Shown here piece after piece: positions 1-12,390 of a stretch of DNA of 64,000 nucleotides. The position numbers and the translations under genes are program-made. Every line of letters starts with the position of its first letter. Within the stretch, counting starts at the first letter, position 1. The notes beneath the pieces were generated by a model. The model worked only from the letters and a program-made list of their open reading frames with translations. It searched no databases and was not told the origin of the DNA. This DNA is from Phaeosaccion multiseriatum. Lineage: Eukaryota > Protista > Ochrophyta, other classes. The stretch is taken from contig OZ218965.1 of NCBI GenBank assembly GCA_965112735.1, positions 1,302,001 through 1,366,000 of the forward strand, read 5' to 3'.

Positions 1-61
1 CTGCTCGCAGCCACGCCCAGCCCTGCCCCCTTCGTTCCGCAAGCCCAAGGAATGACCCAAG

Positions 62-100
<39 letters not shown>

Positions 101-117
101 GTCTGCCCAAGCCTCCG

Positions 118-149
<32 letters not shown>

Positions 150-170
150 ACTCTGTCTGCCCAAGCCTCC

Positions 171-205
<35 letters not shown>

Positions 206-240
206 TCTCTCTCTATCTGCCTCATGCCCTCGCCACTCAC

Positions 241-2214
241 AGTGAGGTTCCCTTCCCTTAGCTTGGTCGAGAGGGCCACCTTGAGGCCCAACTTGACGTA
301 CTTCTTGTTCAACTTGTAGCTCCAGTCCTTCGGCACCGGACCGTGCGCCTGACGGGGGCACAAAAAGGACACATGGGGAGGGGGGGGGGGTACGGAAACA
401 GATACCCAGGGAGGCACAGATACACCCAGGACCCAGGGGGGCACAACCGACAGGGAGGTATCAGAGGACCGGAGCGAGTGTGGGTGCGTGAGAGGGGATG
501 GCAGCGGACGGAGAGGAGTAGACGCACCTTCACACCGCCCCGGAACTGTCCCGCTCGGGAGTGGCCCACTCGGGCTCGGCCAGAGCCTGAGATAGAGAGC
601 AGCAGCAGCAGTTGGTGATACAGTAGCAGCAGCAGGAGCACGAAGGGGGGGTCGGTGAGGAAAAAGCGACACACAAGAGTCGTTCGAGTGGCAGACGACA
701 AAGGCAAGGGCAGGGAGGAAGGAGAGACGCGCTTCGCCTCCCTCCCTGTGGGGAGGAGGAAAGGGCGGTTTGGTCGTTGGCAGGGGTGCTTCCTCCCTGT
801 GGGGAGGAGGAAAGGGCGGTTCGGTCGTTGGCTGGGGTACTTCCTCACCTTTTTGCTGGCGCAGCTTTCTCCCGCTGCCTCGAGTCTGTTCCACGGCGGG
901 TGAAGGGATTTTGATAGAAAGAGAAGAGGAGGAGGAGAAGGAGGAGGAGGAGGAGGAGGAGAAGGAGGAGGAGGAGGAGGAGGAGGAGGAGGAGGAGGAG
1001 GAGGAGGAGAAGGAGGAGGAGGAGGAAGCTGAGTGCAGGGTTGGAGGGGAGGGACGGTTCACCACGTATGGGGGCGCGAAACAAAAATCTTCCTTCCATC
1101 CACTGCCATCGACAGTCTCTGCTACACTCCCCCCCCCTACCGCCCCCACACCAAGCGTCTTGAAACTCGAACTGGAACTGAAACTGAAAGTGAAACTGAC
1201 CTCGCTGATGTTTTTGACCTTGGCCGTGCCAGAGCGTTTGCAAGCCCTCTGCCACCGAACAACCTCGTGCAGTACGTCCCTACAGGGGATGGCAGTGGAT
1301 GGCGACAGGGAATGGGGATGGGGATGGCAGTGGATGGGGGAGACGGGTGTGAACGGAAGTCGTGGGGGGCGGCAACATGGACGATGATGGACGATCGAAG
1401 TAAAGGCAACAGTATCTTCTTGTCCTGGGGCCTGTCTTCGGCGTGTCAAAGGAGAGGGAGAAGCGCTACATGTGTCGAGAGGAGGGCATGGCATGGAACG
1501 AGGTGCCCAGCCGGCCAAGGAGAGGGTATGGCATGGAACTAGGTGCCCAGCCGGCCCAAGGCTCCTTCCTCTCTGGGCGCCTGATGCTGCGGGTTCGCTC
1601 GCTCACTTGTCCTCACCTCCGAATTGGTTGTCCGAACACCCTAATGTCCAGCTCCAGGGTGCTTCTCTCGTCCTCCACTCCCCCCCCCTGCTCCTCCTCC
1701 TGCTCCTCCTCCTCCTGCTCCTGCTCTTCCCCCTGCTCCTCCTCCTGTTCACCCTCCTGCGCGACAGTTTCCTTCTTGGCCTCCTTCTTTGCCTTCTTCT
1801 TCTTGGCCTTCTTCTTGATTTTGCCGAACGGCGTGACTTGCACGCTCAGCAGGTGCGGTCCGTCCAAGAGAGGCGCGGGCCGCGAAGGCGGCTGCACCAC
1901 CACCCCGGCAAGGGCCGCCGCCTTCGCTTGGGCGTCCTCCTCTGGGGAGGCAGGGAGGCAGGGGGGAAGGGGCGGAGGAAGGGGAGGGGAAAGGGTGAGA
2001 TTACTCTACGGCACACGAGGGAAGGGTGAGATTGCGCTGCGTCTGTCGGCGCGCAGGGGCGATTGAGGAGGTTGAAGGGGGAGAGGGGGGGGGGGGGGGC
2101 GTGAGGCCACATCGCAGCTCGAACTGGGAAAGGGTTGGTCACGGGGAGCAACGCGGCGGCTGTGCAAGTGGGCGAGTAGGGAAGAAAAGTGGAGCTTTGC
2201 GCCAACCGAAAGAT

Positions 2215-2279
<65 letters not shown>

Positions 2280-2789
2280 ATTTCGTTCCATCACTCTCGC
2301 ACCTTCCTCTGCCGCAAGAATCTCCTCCTCCTCTGTCAAGCCCAGTGGTGGAGCGTTCTGCTGCTGCCGCCGCTGCTGTTCCCCCTTTTGCCTCCGCCTC
2401 CTCTCTTCCACTTCCCTCGGAATGACCGACACAGGCCCCTTCGGGAAGAGCACGCTGGTGTCCTCGAGGGTGAGATTTGGGGGCAGCGTGATGGCCTGCT
2501 GCTCCTGCGCTAGTGCCGCAGAGCTACTGAAGGAATGCCGCTGCGGGTACATCCGCTGCTGCCCTTTGTGGCGAAAGTTCATCCATCGACCCCTCGATGG
2601 CGGCAGAGGGAAGCGGTGCTGGAGAGGCGCCGCCTGCCGTAAGGGAAATGAAGGCAAGACCTGCAATCTTCGCTTGGCTCCCGCTCCCGCTGCTGCCCCT
2701 GCCGTCGACGCCCTGGGTGCTGCGGCTACCGCTGTCACAGACGCCTTGCAGGCACACCTGGCCGCCCCTCTCCCACCGGCCACTATCAT
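241..2789 (-). CDS. MRPL4: Ribosomal protein uL4, bacterial/organellar type (probably mitochondrial); spliced, 3' end runs off the left of the window
   Basis: In-phase GT-AG exons 2789-2303, 1941-1617, 1279-1201, 885-849, 586-528 and 348-241 join to give [83 protein letters not shown], the uL4 signature. The Arg/Ala-rich N-terminus looks like a presequence. Confidence 0.9.
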
Positions 2790-3074
2790 TTTTCCTCTCT
2801 CTCTTGTGCCGTCTCCCAGGGCCCGGGGGGGAGTAGTCGCCACTTGAAAGTCGTACAGCCAATGAATGCACTTGCTCGACTTTTCTCTTTTCTGCCACTT
2901 TTCTCCTCGATCTTCGCTCTCCTCTCTCATTCTCGCACTCTGAAGCAGGCCATCAACATCTCACCCACTCTTTCCTCTCCAACTGAGACCTGGCCAGGAC
3001 GCGCAGGAAGAAGGGGCGCAGTCGAGAGGGAGGGAGGCAGAGACTGCCAATATGAGAGAGAGGAGAAAGAGTCC

Positions 3075-5680
3075 ATGCCTCGAGTTGACGCCGAGTGTGT
3101 TGTTGTGGGTGCCGGAGTCGTGGGTTTGAGCATAGCTCGCGCTCTGGCTCGAGCGGGGAGGGAGGTGGTGGTGCTCGAGAGCGAGGGCGGCATAGGCCGG
3201 GGCATCAGCAGCAGAAACAGCGAAGTTGTTCACGCAGGTGAGTACCCTCTCGATAAAATTCAATCTCGGAGAAGATAGTCGCTCACGATTGTGTTCCTGT
3301 CGTACATCCTCCAGGCTTGTACTATCCCCCGGGAAGCTTAAAGGCAGAGCTGTGCGTCAGGGGGAATGCCCTCCTGTACGACTACTGCCGCAGCCGAGGC
3401 GTGCCCCATAAGCAAACAGGCAAGCTCGTCGTTGCCACGCACGAGTCTCAGCTCGAGGCGCTGAGGGCGCTGCAAAAGAGAGCAGAGGCCAACGGTGTGG
3501 GCAGCAAAGGCAGCACTGGGGAGGGGCAGGGGCTCTCGTGGCTGTCTCCTGCCGAGGTTGGGCATCTCGAGCCCAGCGTGCGCTGCGTGGGCGCCCTCCT
3601 ATCGCCCCTAAGCGGCATCGTCGACAGCCATGAGCTCATGCTCAGTCTCCAGGCGGAGGCGGAGGCCGCGGGGGCCGTGTTCGCGTTCCACACGCGGGTG
3701 GTCCCCGGTGGGGCGGTGGCAGCCGATGGACAGAGCGTGACGCTGTGTACCGCCGCCACCCCTTCCGTGCGGACACAGAGTCAGGGGGGTCAGAACGAGG
3801 AGCTGAGCCTGTCCTGCAATGTGGTGATCAACAGCGCCGGCCTCGGAGCCCCCTCTGTGGCGCGCTGCCTCGGCTTGCCCTCTCCTTGCGTGCCCAAGCT
3901 ACACCTGGCCAAGGGCAGCTACTTCGCCCTCACCACGCCGCCTCATGCGGCCCATATGCCTCCGTCGGGCCAGGCCAGCGGTGGGGGCAGCAGGCCCTTC
4001 AGCCGATTGGTTTATCCGCTTCCCGATGGTGGAGGACTCGGGGTCCATGCCACACTTGGTGAGTCAGAGGCAGCAATGGGGGCAGGGGGCTGGGGGGAGA
4101 GGCTTTGCTTCGAGACGGCTGACTGCTGTGTGGGTGTCAGAAGGGGCTAGGCCGACTAAGCCAAGTTTCACTTTAAGCGAAGCTACTGACTTCTTCTCCT
4201 TCTCCCTCACCCTCACTTTCTCTGCTCTCGCCTCTACTGTCCCTGTCCCTCTCTCTACCACCCTCCAGATCTGTCTGGCCGCGTTCGTTTCGGCCCTGAT
4301 GTGGAGTGGGTCGATCGGTGAGTGGCGAAACCGAAGTTTCCGTATCAGTTACGTGAGCCTTCGGTTGACAGAGATGAAACGCCCTACCAAGGGCCGAGGG
4401 CCGAGGGAGGTGGCATATAGAGCATGTGGGGTGGGGTGAGGTGGTGAGGGGAGGCTGACGAGGTGATGTGCGGTACATTAGGTGGCGTGTCTCGTATGTA
4501 CACTCTCAGAAGGAACAGAGGGGAATGGGTAAAAGGGGGTGAAGAAGGGGCGAGCAGCTCTCACGTCACTCGCTCACAGCCCTTGGCGCTCGCTTCCTCT
4601 TGCATAGTCCTGTGCCGCCTGTTCACAAGGCAAGTACTCCCCCCTCTGACCCAGTCCATTGCGCCAACCGCCCCCCCCACCGCCCATCCACTGCCATCCA
4701 TCCACTGCTCATGACGTCCTACTTCAACAGAGAGGATTACTCTGTGGACCCGCTCCGCTCGGCCTCCTTCTATGCCGCAGTTCGCCGTTACTGGCCCGGC
4801 CTGCCCGACAACAGCCTTGTGCCCGACTACAGCGGTATCCGCCCAAAGCTCAAGAGAGGGGCGGAGGCAGGGGGGGGAGGAGGAAGGGGTGAGGATGGAA
4901 AGGACGGACAGGACTTGCTGGGGCAAGACTTTTGCATACGGAGGTGCGTTGGAGAGGAGAGGAGGGGATAGAAGAGAGGGGACAAGACGAGATTAAGGAT
5001 TAGAGGAGAGGCGAGGAGAGGAGAGAGGAGGAGAGGAGAGGAGGGGATAGAAGAGAGGGGAGAAGACAAGCAAAAAGATTACAGGAGAGGCGAGGAGAGG
5101 AGAGGAGAGGAGAGGAGAGTGGAGGAGAGTGGAGGAGAGGAGAGGAGAGGAGAGGACAGGGGAAGAGAGAAGAGGAGTAGAGTGGAGAGGAGAGAAGAGG
5201 AAAGGGGAACAGAGGGGAACAGAGGAGTGGAGTGGAGGGCAGGGGAGAGGAGAGGCGAGGAGAGAATGCGAGAAGAGAGCAAGAGAGGAGAGAGGAGGAG
5301 TGGATAGGAGAGGAGAGGAGAGGGGAATACAGGAAAGGAGAACGAGAGAAAGGAGAGGCGAGGATGGCAGCCTATCGCACCCGTCTCCCTTCGTGGTTCA
5401 CGCCTCCCTGTGAATTGGGACTGGGAGTGCAAAGTGACTTCCTCCTTCCTTCTCATGTGCTGCCGTGCTGAGCTGGGCTGCCCCCAACCTCTCATCTCCT
5501 CCTCCCTTGCACTTTATCTATCCCTGTATCTGCAGGGACGGAGCGGCAGGGGGAGGGGCAGGGGGAGGTTCTGTGGGTGCAGGCCCTGTGGTGTCGCTGT
5601 ATGGGATCGAGTCGCCGGGCCTCACTGCCTCTCTCGCCATCGGAAACCTCGTGAGGGGCCTCGTGCTGGATGGCAGCTGA
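3075..5680 (+). CDS. L2HGDH: L-2-hydroxyglutarate dehydrogenase-like FAD-dependent oxidoreductase (5 exons)
   Basis: Exons 3075-3237, 3315-4058, 4269-4317, 4731-4943 and 5536-5680. Motifs: [68 protein letters not shown]. An alternative in-frame ATG lies at 2862. Confidence 0.88.
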
Positions 5681-6386
5681 TGGTACCGGAGAGCTGTGCC
5701 GCTTCGGCCGCCATTACATGAGCCACGCCCAACGGGATCGACGCGCCTCGAGACCGCTGGGCTCACAGTTGTCACCGTGTTCACAGGGCCGTCGGTCCGT
5801 CCGTTTGTATGTGCAACACGTGTACCGTTGAAGGAGGGGGGGAGGAGGGGCAGAGCACTGAAGCGGAACAGAAGGAGGCCTTCTCTTCTTGAGCACCCCC
5901 CCCCTTCTTGAGGGGAGACACACCCAAGGGGGGGCACCCAAGGGGGGGCACCCAAGGGGGGAGGGTGGTACGAGGGGTCAGTACAGACGTGTGCGCAAGC
6001 TTTGTACACAGGCGGCGGGGCGTCCATCATTACGTCACACCAACCAGGGAGCTCTCGCACTTGTTTCCTATGGGCTTGCACCCGGGTGACAAGCCGTTAC
6101 AAGTCGTTACAAGCCGTTACTCACCCCCATTGGGCCATGCTTGCCCCATTGGGCATGCTTGCCAGGTATCCGATCATGGATCCACCTCCTTCTTCGGCGG
6201 TGCTGATACCCTTTGACGGCCCTGATGCTCTTCGCCGCTCCATCACAGTTTAGCAGTCAACGCACTTGGCAGAGCCGCATTGGAGAGAGGACGGTGCTGA
6301 AGGGATGGAAGAGGCGACAAAGAGAGGGAGGGAAGAGCGCCCTGCTTGCTTCACTAACATTGAGAGACTGTGAGATACATGGAAGT

Positions 6387-6450
6387 TCGACCCCTGACGT
6401 GCTACCTGCTACCGGCCGGCAGCCAGTACCGGCCAGAAGCTAGGGGATGA
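6387..6450. mobile_element. Degenerate copy of the small TCGACCCCTGA-ended inverted-repeat element
   Basis: Starts TCGACCCCTGACGTGCTA (18-mer identical to 34249) and ends in a decayed AGGGGATGA. It sits at the left edge of the PPR cassette homology. Confidence 0.4.
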
Positions 6451-7079
6451 CCACACGTCATCCTTCGCTCGCCCAGGAAGAGAGCCTCTACGGGAGTTGG
6501 CGTCGAGCTGCTCCAGCGCTGTTATCAGTCGCCCCACAACCCCTTTGTTAGTTTTGCGATACGAAGACCTCTGGCCTCTTGCGCTCCTCTCAACGAAGTG
6601 AGGGGGTGAGTAGATATTGACGAATTTCAGAAAAGGGCGTTTACGTTTGTGCGCGTGTGTTTGTGTGAGTGTGCGTATGTATGTGTGTGTGTGGAGGGCC
6701 CTCTAGGGACACCGGGGATGGTATTGGCTGACTTGATAGGAATCACCTAAGAAACTGAATAGTGTGTGTGTGTGCGTGTGTGTGTGCGTGTGCATGTGTC
6801 GCTGTGTCACTGGGGCCCACGAGAGGCCGGTTCTCCCCCTCTTGTACTCTTGGTCGGGGAGAGGGGTGCCGGACGCCGTGGAGACAATTCCACGATAGTT
6901 CCACATGGAGTACCAACTTACAACATTTCCCCCCCTGGGAAATGCCCCCCCCGGTGTTCCTCCCCCCTTTTTCTTATCAATCCCGTGCCAGGGTCGAAGC
7001 CACAGCTCATTCGCCGTGGGCTTCAAGTGGTGTCCCGAGGAAGGAAGAAGTGGTATCGTGAATTGAGAGAGCGAAAGGG

Positions 7080-10000
7080 ATGACGGGCAACAACGTGGCG
7101 GCCTTTATTTCAGCTGTAGCATCAGGAGGTACTTACGCTTATGGCCGATACGGCGCTCCTGCTCCTGCTTTCACAAGCTCGTGGGGAAGATGGGCTTCTG
7201 CTGCTCCACCCGCTGCGCACCACCCTGCTATGGGGAAACAGAACTCCATCCTCACAGCCCCAGTGCATGCTGAGTGGCGATCGGCGACACGCTCGCTTCG
7301 CCTCCTTGGAACCAGGGGTAACATTAATACGGGAGGGTCGCGGCAGGGACCAGGTGGTAGAAGTAGTGAGCGGCAGAAGCAAATAGCGTTGACAAAGGAG
7401 ATCCAGAGACTTGGAAATATGCAGGACTGGAGAGGGGTGGCGAGAGTGATTGAGGAGGCGAAAGCAGCGGGGCTTCGGATGGATGTCATTCTGTACAACG
7501 CCGCCATTTCTGCAGTCGGTAAGGCTCGGCGATGGAAGGGGGCGCTTGCCCTACTCGAGGAGATGAAGGCGAGTGGTCTCCAACCTAATGTCATCTCGTA
7601 CAGCTCTGCGATTAGTGCTTGTGGCAAGGCAGGAGAGCACGAGAAGGCGCTGGCCTTGCTGGAGGAGATGCGGAGGGAAGGGCTTCGACCCGATGAAATC
7701 TCGTACAACTCTGCTATTACTGCTTGTGGCAATGCAGGAGAGCATGAGAAGGCGCTTGACTTGCTTGAGGAGATGCGGAGGGAAGGGGTTCGACCCGATG
7801 TCATCTCGTACAGCTCTGCGATTACGGCTTGTGGCAATGCAGGAGAGCACGAGAAGGCGCTGGCCTTGCTGGAGGAGATGAGGAGGGAAGGGCTTCGACC
7901 GAATGTCATCTCGTACAACTCTGCGATGACTGCTTGTGGCAAGGCAGGAGCGCACGAGAAGGCGCTTGACTTGCTGGAGGAGATGCGGAGGGAAGGGCTT
8001 CGACCCGAGGTCATCTCATACAACTCTGCGATTAGTGCTTGTGGCAATGCAGGAGAGCACGAGAAGGCGCTTGCCTTGCTGGAGGAGATGCGGAGGGAAA
8101 GGCTTCGACCCAATGAAATCTCGTACAGCTCTGCGATTAGTGCTTGTGGCAAGGCAGGAGAGCACGAGAAGGCGCTTGACTTGCTGGTGGAGATGCGGAG
8201 GGAAGGGCTTCGACCCGAGGTCATCTCGTACAACTCTGCGATTAGTGCTTGTGGCAATGCAGGAGAGCACGAGAAGGCGCTTGCCCTGCTGGAGGAGATG
8301 CGGAGGGAAGGGCTTCGACCCGATGAAATCACATACAACGCTGCGATAAGTGCTTGTGGCAATGCAGGAGAGCACGAGAAGGCGCTTGACTTGCTGGAGG
8401 AGATGCGGAGGGAAGGGCTTCGACCGAATGTCATCTCGTACAGCTCTGCGATTACTGCTTGTGGCAAGGCAGGAGCGCACGAGAAGGCGCTTGACTTGCT
8501 GGAGGAGATGCAGAGGGAAGGGCTTCGACCCGAGGTCATCTCGTACAACTCTGCGATTACTGCTTGTGGCAATGCAGGAGAGCACGAGAAGGCGCTGGCC
8601 TTGCTGGAGGAGATGCAGAGGGAAGGGCTTCGACCCGAGGTCATCTCGTACAACTCTGCGATTACTGCTTGTGGCAATGCAGGAGAGCACGATAAGGCGC
8701 TTGACTTGCTGGAGGAGATGCGGAGGGAAGGGCTTCGACCCGATGTCATCTCGTACAGCTCTGCGATTACGGCTTGTGGCAAGGCAGGGGAGCACGAGAA
8801 GGCGCTTAACTTGCTGGAGGAGATGCGGATGGAAGGGCTTCGACCCAATGAAATCTTATACAACTCTGGGATTACTGCTTGTGGCAATGCAGGAGAGCAT
8901 GAGAAGGCGCTTGCCCTACTCGAGGAGATGAAGGGGAGCGGTCTCCAACCCGATGTCATCTCGTACAGCTCTGCAATTACTGCTGTTGGCAATGCAGGAC
9001 AGCACGAGCAGGCGCTTGCCTTGCTGGAGGAGATGCGGAGGGAAGGGCTTCGACCCAATGAAATCTCGTACAGCTCTGCGATTTCTGCTTGTGGCAATGC
9101 AGGAGAGCACGAGAAGGCGCTTGCCTTGCTGGGGGAGATGCGGAGGGAAGGGCTTCAACCCAATGGGATCTCATACAACTCTGCGATTACTGCTGTTGGC
9201 AAGGCAGGAGAGCACGAGAAGGCGCTTGCCTTGCTGGAGGAGATGCGGAGGGAAGGGCTTCGACCGAATGTCATCTCGTACAGCTCTGCGATGACTGCTT
9301 GTGGCAAGGCAGGAGAGCACGATAAGGCGCTTGACTTGCTGGAGGAGATGCGGAGGGAAGGGATTCGACCGAATGTCATCTCGTACAGCTCTGCGATTAC
9401 TGCTTATGGCAATGCAGGAGAGCATGAGAAGGCGCTTGTCTTGCTGAAAGAGATGCGGAGGGAAGGGCTTCAACCCGATGAAATCTCGTACAACTCTGCC
9501 ATTACTGCTTGTGGCAATGCAGGAAAGCATGAGAAGGCGCTTGCCCTACTCGAGGAGATGAAGGCGAGCGGTCTCCAACCCGATGTCATCTCGTACAGCT
9601 CTGCAATTACTGCTGTTGGCAATGCAGGACAGCACGAGAAGGCGCTTGCCTTGCTGGAGGAGATGCGGAGGGAAGGGCTTCGACCCAATGTCGTCACGTA
9701 CAACTCTGCGATTTCTGCTTGTGGCAAGGCAGGAGAGCATGAGAAGGCGCTTGACTTGCTGGAGGAGATGCAGAGGGAAGGGCTTCCACCCGATGAAATC
9801 TCGTACAGCTCTGCGATTAGTGCTTGTGGCAATGCAGGAGAGCACGAGAAGGCGCTTGCCTTGCTGGAGGAGATGCGGAGGGAAGGGCTTCGACCCAATG
9901 AAATCTCGTACAGCTCTGCGATGACTGCTTGTGGCAAGGCAGGAGAGCACGAGAAGGCGCTTGCCTTGCTGGGGGAGATGCGGAGGGAAGGGCTTCGACC

Positions 10001-10472
10001 CGATGTTATCTCGTACAACTCTGCGATTAGTGCTTGTGGCAAGGCAGGAGAGCACGAGAAGGCGCTTGACTTGCTGGAGGAGATGCGGAGGGAAGAACTT
10101 CAGCCCGATGAGGTGACCTACCGCACCGCTATCGACGTCCTGTCCGCGCACGAGCAATGGAGCTCGGCTGATGGCTTGTATGCAGAGGCTGTCACAAAGG
10201 GTGTATTGTCGCATTGGAAGACGGGTAAGGAAGGGAAGGTCATGGATTTGCACGGGCACTCGGAGTGGACCGGCAAGGCCGCCCTTCGATACGCCCTTCA
10301 AGAGGAGAAGGCGAAGGGTCAGATCACTGTCATTACCGGTCGAGGCCGCGGCAGCGTGGACGGTGTCAGCGTGCTGAAGCCTGCGGTGTTGGCGTACCTC
10401 AAGGAAGAGCTCGGACTCCATGCCACGGTGCAGGACAGCAACGAGGGCCGTGTGAAGTTCGAAGTAGAGTAG
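7080..10472 (+). CDS. PPR-SMR protein copy 1 (1130 aa, intronless; 24 near-identical core PPR repeats plus caps, C-terminal SMR domain)
   Basis: 35-aa repeats of the type VISYNSAISACGKAGEHEKALALLEEMRREGLRPD at 7590-10109. The C-terminus has MDLHG...VITGRGRGS...LKPAV...NEGRV, typical of Smr domains. Confidence 0.95.
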   Translation: MTGNNVAAFISAVASGGTYAYGRYGAPAPAFTSSWGRWASAAPPAAHHPAMGKQNSILTAPVHAEWRSATRSLRLLGTRGNINTGGSRQGPGGRSSERQKQIALTKEIQRLGNMQDWRGVARVIEEAKAAGLRMDVILYNAAISAVGKARRWKGALALLEEMKASGLQPNVISYSSAISACGKAGEHEKALALLEEMRREGLRPDEISYNSAITACGNAGEHEKALDLLEEMRREGVRPDVISYSSAITACGNAGEHEKALALLEEMRREGLRPNVISYNSAMTACGKAGAHEKALDLLEEMRREGLRPEVISYNSAISACGNAGEHEKALALLEEMRRERLRPNEISYSSAISACGKAGEHEKALDLLVEMRREGLRPEVISYNSAISACGNAGEHEKALALLEEMRREGLRPDEITYNAAISACGNAGEHEKALDLLEEMRREGLRPNVISYSSAITACGKAGAHEKALDLLEEMQREGLRPEVISYNSAITACGNAGEHEKALALLEEMQREGLRPEVISYNSAITACGNAGEHDKALDLLEEMRREGLRPDVISYSSAITACGKAGEHEKALNLLEEMRMEGLRPNEILYNSGITACGNAGEHEKALALLEEMKGSGLQPDVISYSSAITAVGNAGQHEQALALLEEMRREGLRPNEISYSSAISACGNAGEHEKALALLGEMRREGLQPNGISYNSAITAVGKAGEHEKALALLEEMRREGLRPNVISYSSAMTACGKAGEHDKALDLLEEMRREGIRPNVISYSSAITAYGNAGEHEKALVLLKEMRREGLQPDEISYNSAITACGNAGKHEKALALLEEMKASGLQPDVISYSSAITAVGNAGQHEKALALLEEMRREGLRPNVVTYNSAISACGKAGEHEKALDLLEEMQREGLPPDEISYSSAISACGNAGEHEKALALLEEMRREGLRPNEISYSSAMTACGKAGEHEKALALLGEMRREGLRPDVISYNSAISACGKAGEHEKALDLLEEMRREELQPDEVTYRTAIDVLSAHEQWSSADGLYAEAVTKGVLSHWKTGKEGKVMDLHGHSEWTGKAALRYALQEEKAKGQITVITGRGRGSVDGVSVLKPAVLAYLKEELGLHATVQDSNEGRVKFEVE

Positions 10473-10924
10473 AGGAAACACTATTGACGACTGAATGAAA
10501 GGCGATCGCATCATGTATGGGCACACTCGCGGTAGGGCTCTCTCTCTTCCCGTCATCAGAGGGCGCACTAGCCTGGCACTTACTCCCTGCGATGGATATG
10601 CTTTCTCTCTCTCTCCAGAAGGAAGCATACCGCCGCACCCACTCTTTCTCTTCGCCTCCTTCCTTTCTGCTTGAGCCTGGCGTGACTCGCTTCTTGCTCT
10701 TTAGGTTTACTGTCTCATCACTTCACACAGCGCGTCGGTCGTGGTCCTTCTTGCAAGTCCAACACGGCACCTGTCAACAGCTGTGTTAGTGCGTGCTGGC
10801 GCTCCTCCTCGTCCATTCGCTCTCTTCATTCGGCACGTGTTCACTCACTCAGTCACGCACGCACCCACTCACCCACTCGATCACTCCCTCACATACTCTC
10901 ACTCTCTCACCCATTCACGTGCGC

Positions 10925-11383
10925 ACTCACTCTCTCACTCACTCACTCACTCACTCACTCACTCACTCACTCACTCACTCACTCACTCACTCACTCACTC
11001 ACTCACTCACTCACTCACTCACTCACTCACTCACTCACTCACTCACTCACTCACTCACTCACTCACTCACTCACTCACTCACTCACTCACTCACTCACTC
11101 ACTCACTCACTCACTCACTCACTCACTCACTCACTCACTCACTCACTCATTCATTCACTCCCTCACTCACTCGCTCACTCACTCACTCACTCACTCACTC
11201 ACTCACTCACTCACTCACTCACTCACTCACTCATTCATTCACTCCCTCACTCACTCGCTCACTCACTCACTCACTCACTCACTCACTCACTCACTCACTC
11301 ACTCATTCACTCACTCACTCACTCATTTATTCACTCCCTCACATTACTCACGCACTCACTCACTCACTCACACACACACTCAC
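10925..11383. repeat. (ACTC)n microsatellite
   Basis: Long, nearly perfect CACT run downstream of PPR copy 1. Confidence 0.95.
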
Positions 11384-12013
11384 TTTTGGGGGAGGTATGC
11401 GTGTGCGCGTGCGTGCATGAGGTAACCTACGCTCCGGCTACATACAAAGGATGCTGTCTTTCCGACCACCTCCTCAAATCAACGCGTCCTTCAAAGTGCA
11501 GCTCCTCCCCCCGGGGAAGGCTGAAGGTGTGTGTATGTGTATATGTAGGTATGTACGTATGTACGTATATGTGTATGCATCATGCCTCTCAAGGGCTCCA
11601 GCTTCTCGGGGCCCGTGGAAGCCATGCCTGGATCCTGACACATGGCTGTGCGCTGCGTCCCTTGTGTCCTGACACCTGGCCCCTCCCGCTGAACCGAAGC
11701 GCAATGGTCCACACGTCATCCTTCGCTCGTCCACGAAGAGAGCCTCTACAGAAGTTGTTGACGAGCTGCTCCAGCGCTGCTATCAGTCGCCCCACAACCC
11801 CTTTGTTAGTTTTGCGATACGAAGACCCGTCTGGACCTCTGCGGTGCGCTCCTCTGGACGAAGTGAGGGGATGAGTACATATTGACTCATAGGAATCAAT
11901 CTAAGAGCTACGTATGTGCGTGTGTGTGTATGTGTGTGTGCGTGTGCGTGTGCGTGTGTTGAGGGCCCCCTAGGGACGCCGGGGATACGAGGTCCACGGA
12001 ACCATATATATTA

Positions 12014-12165
12014 TCGACCCCTGATACACTATCCGCTATCCGCTATCGCCGGCGCCAGCCGGCGCGCTATCCGCTATCGGCCGGCGCCAGCCGCGCGCTA
12101 TCCGCTATCGGCCGCGGCCGATAGCGCGCTATCGAGAAAGTGGGCGATAGTGTGTCAGGGGTCGA
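12014..12165. mobile_element. 152-bp MITE-like element with 20-bp terminal inverted repeats
   Basis: Left end TCGACCCCTGATACACTATC and right end GATAGTGTGTCAGGGGTCGA (19/20 complementary), with internal GCTATC/GATAGC repeats. It is absent from the equivalent position upstream of copy 1. Confidence 0.7.
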
Positions 12166-12390
12166 GAATTTACTTCGTAACTCTTAAGTGCCATCTATGA
12201 TTGTCCACGGAACCTGTGAGGCCTGGAGCACCAACACACAACATTTGGGTCCTTCAATAAAGTTTGTCCCCCGTCCTATGAAAATTATCCTGTGCCAGGT
12301 TCGACAGCCACAGCTCATTCGTCGTGGGCTTCAGGTGGTGTCCGGAGGAAGGAAGATTGCTGTCGTGAATTGAGAGGCAGAGCGAAAAGG

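Noticed and set aside
12292-12390. Longer ORF-track start for PPR copy 2
   Set aside because: It uses a GTG start; homology with copies 1 and 3 supports the ATG at 12391.
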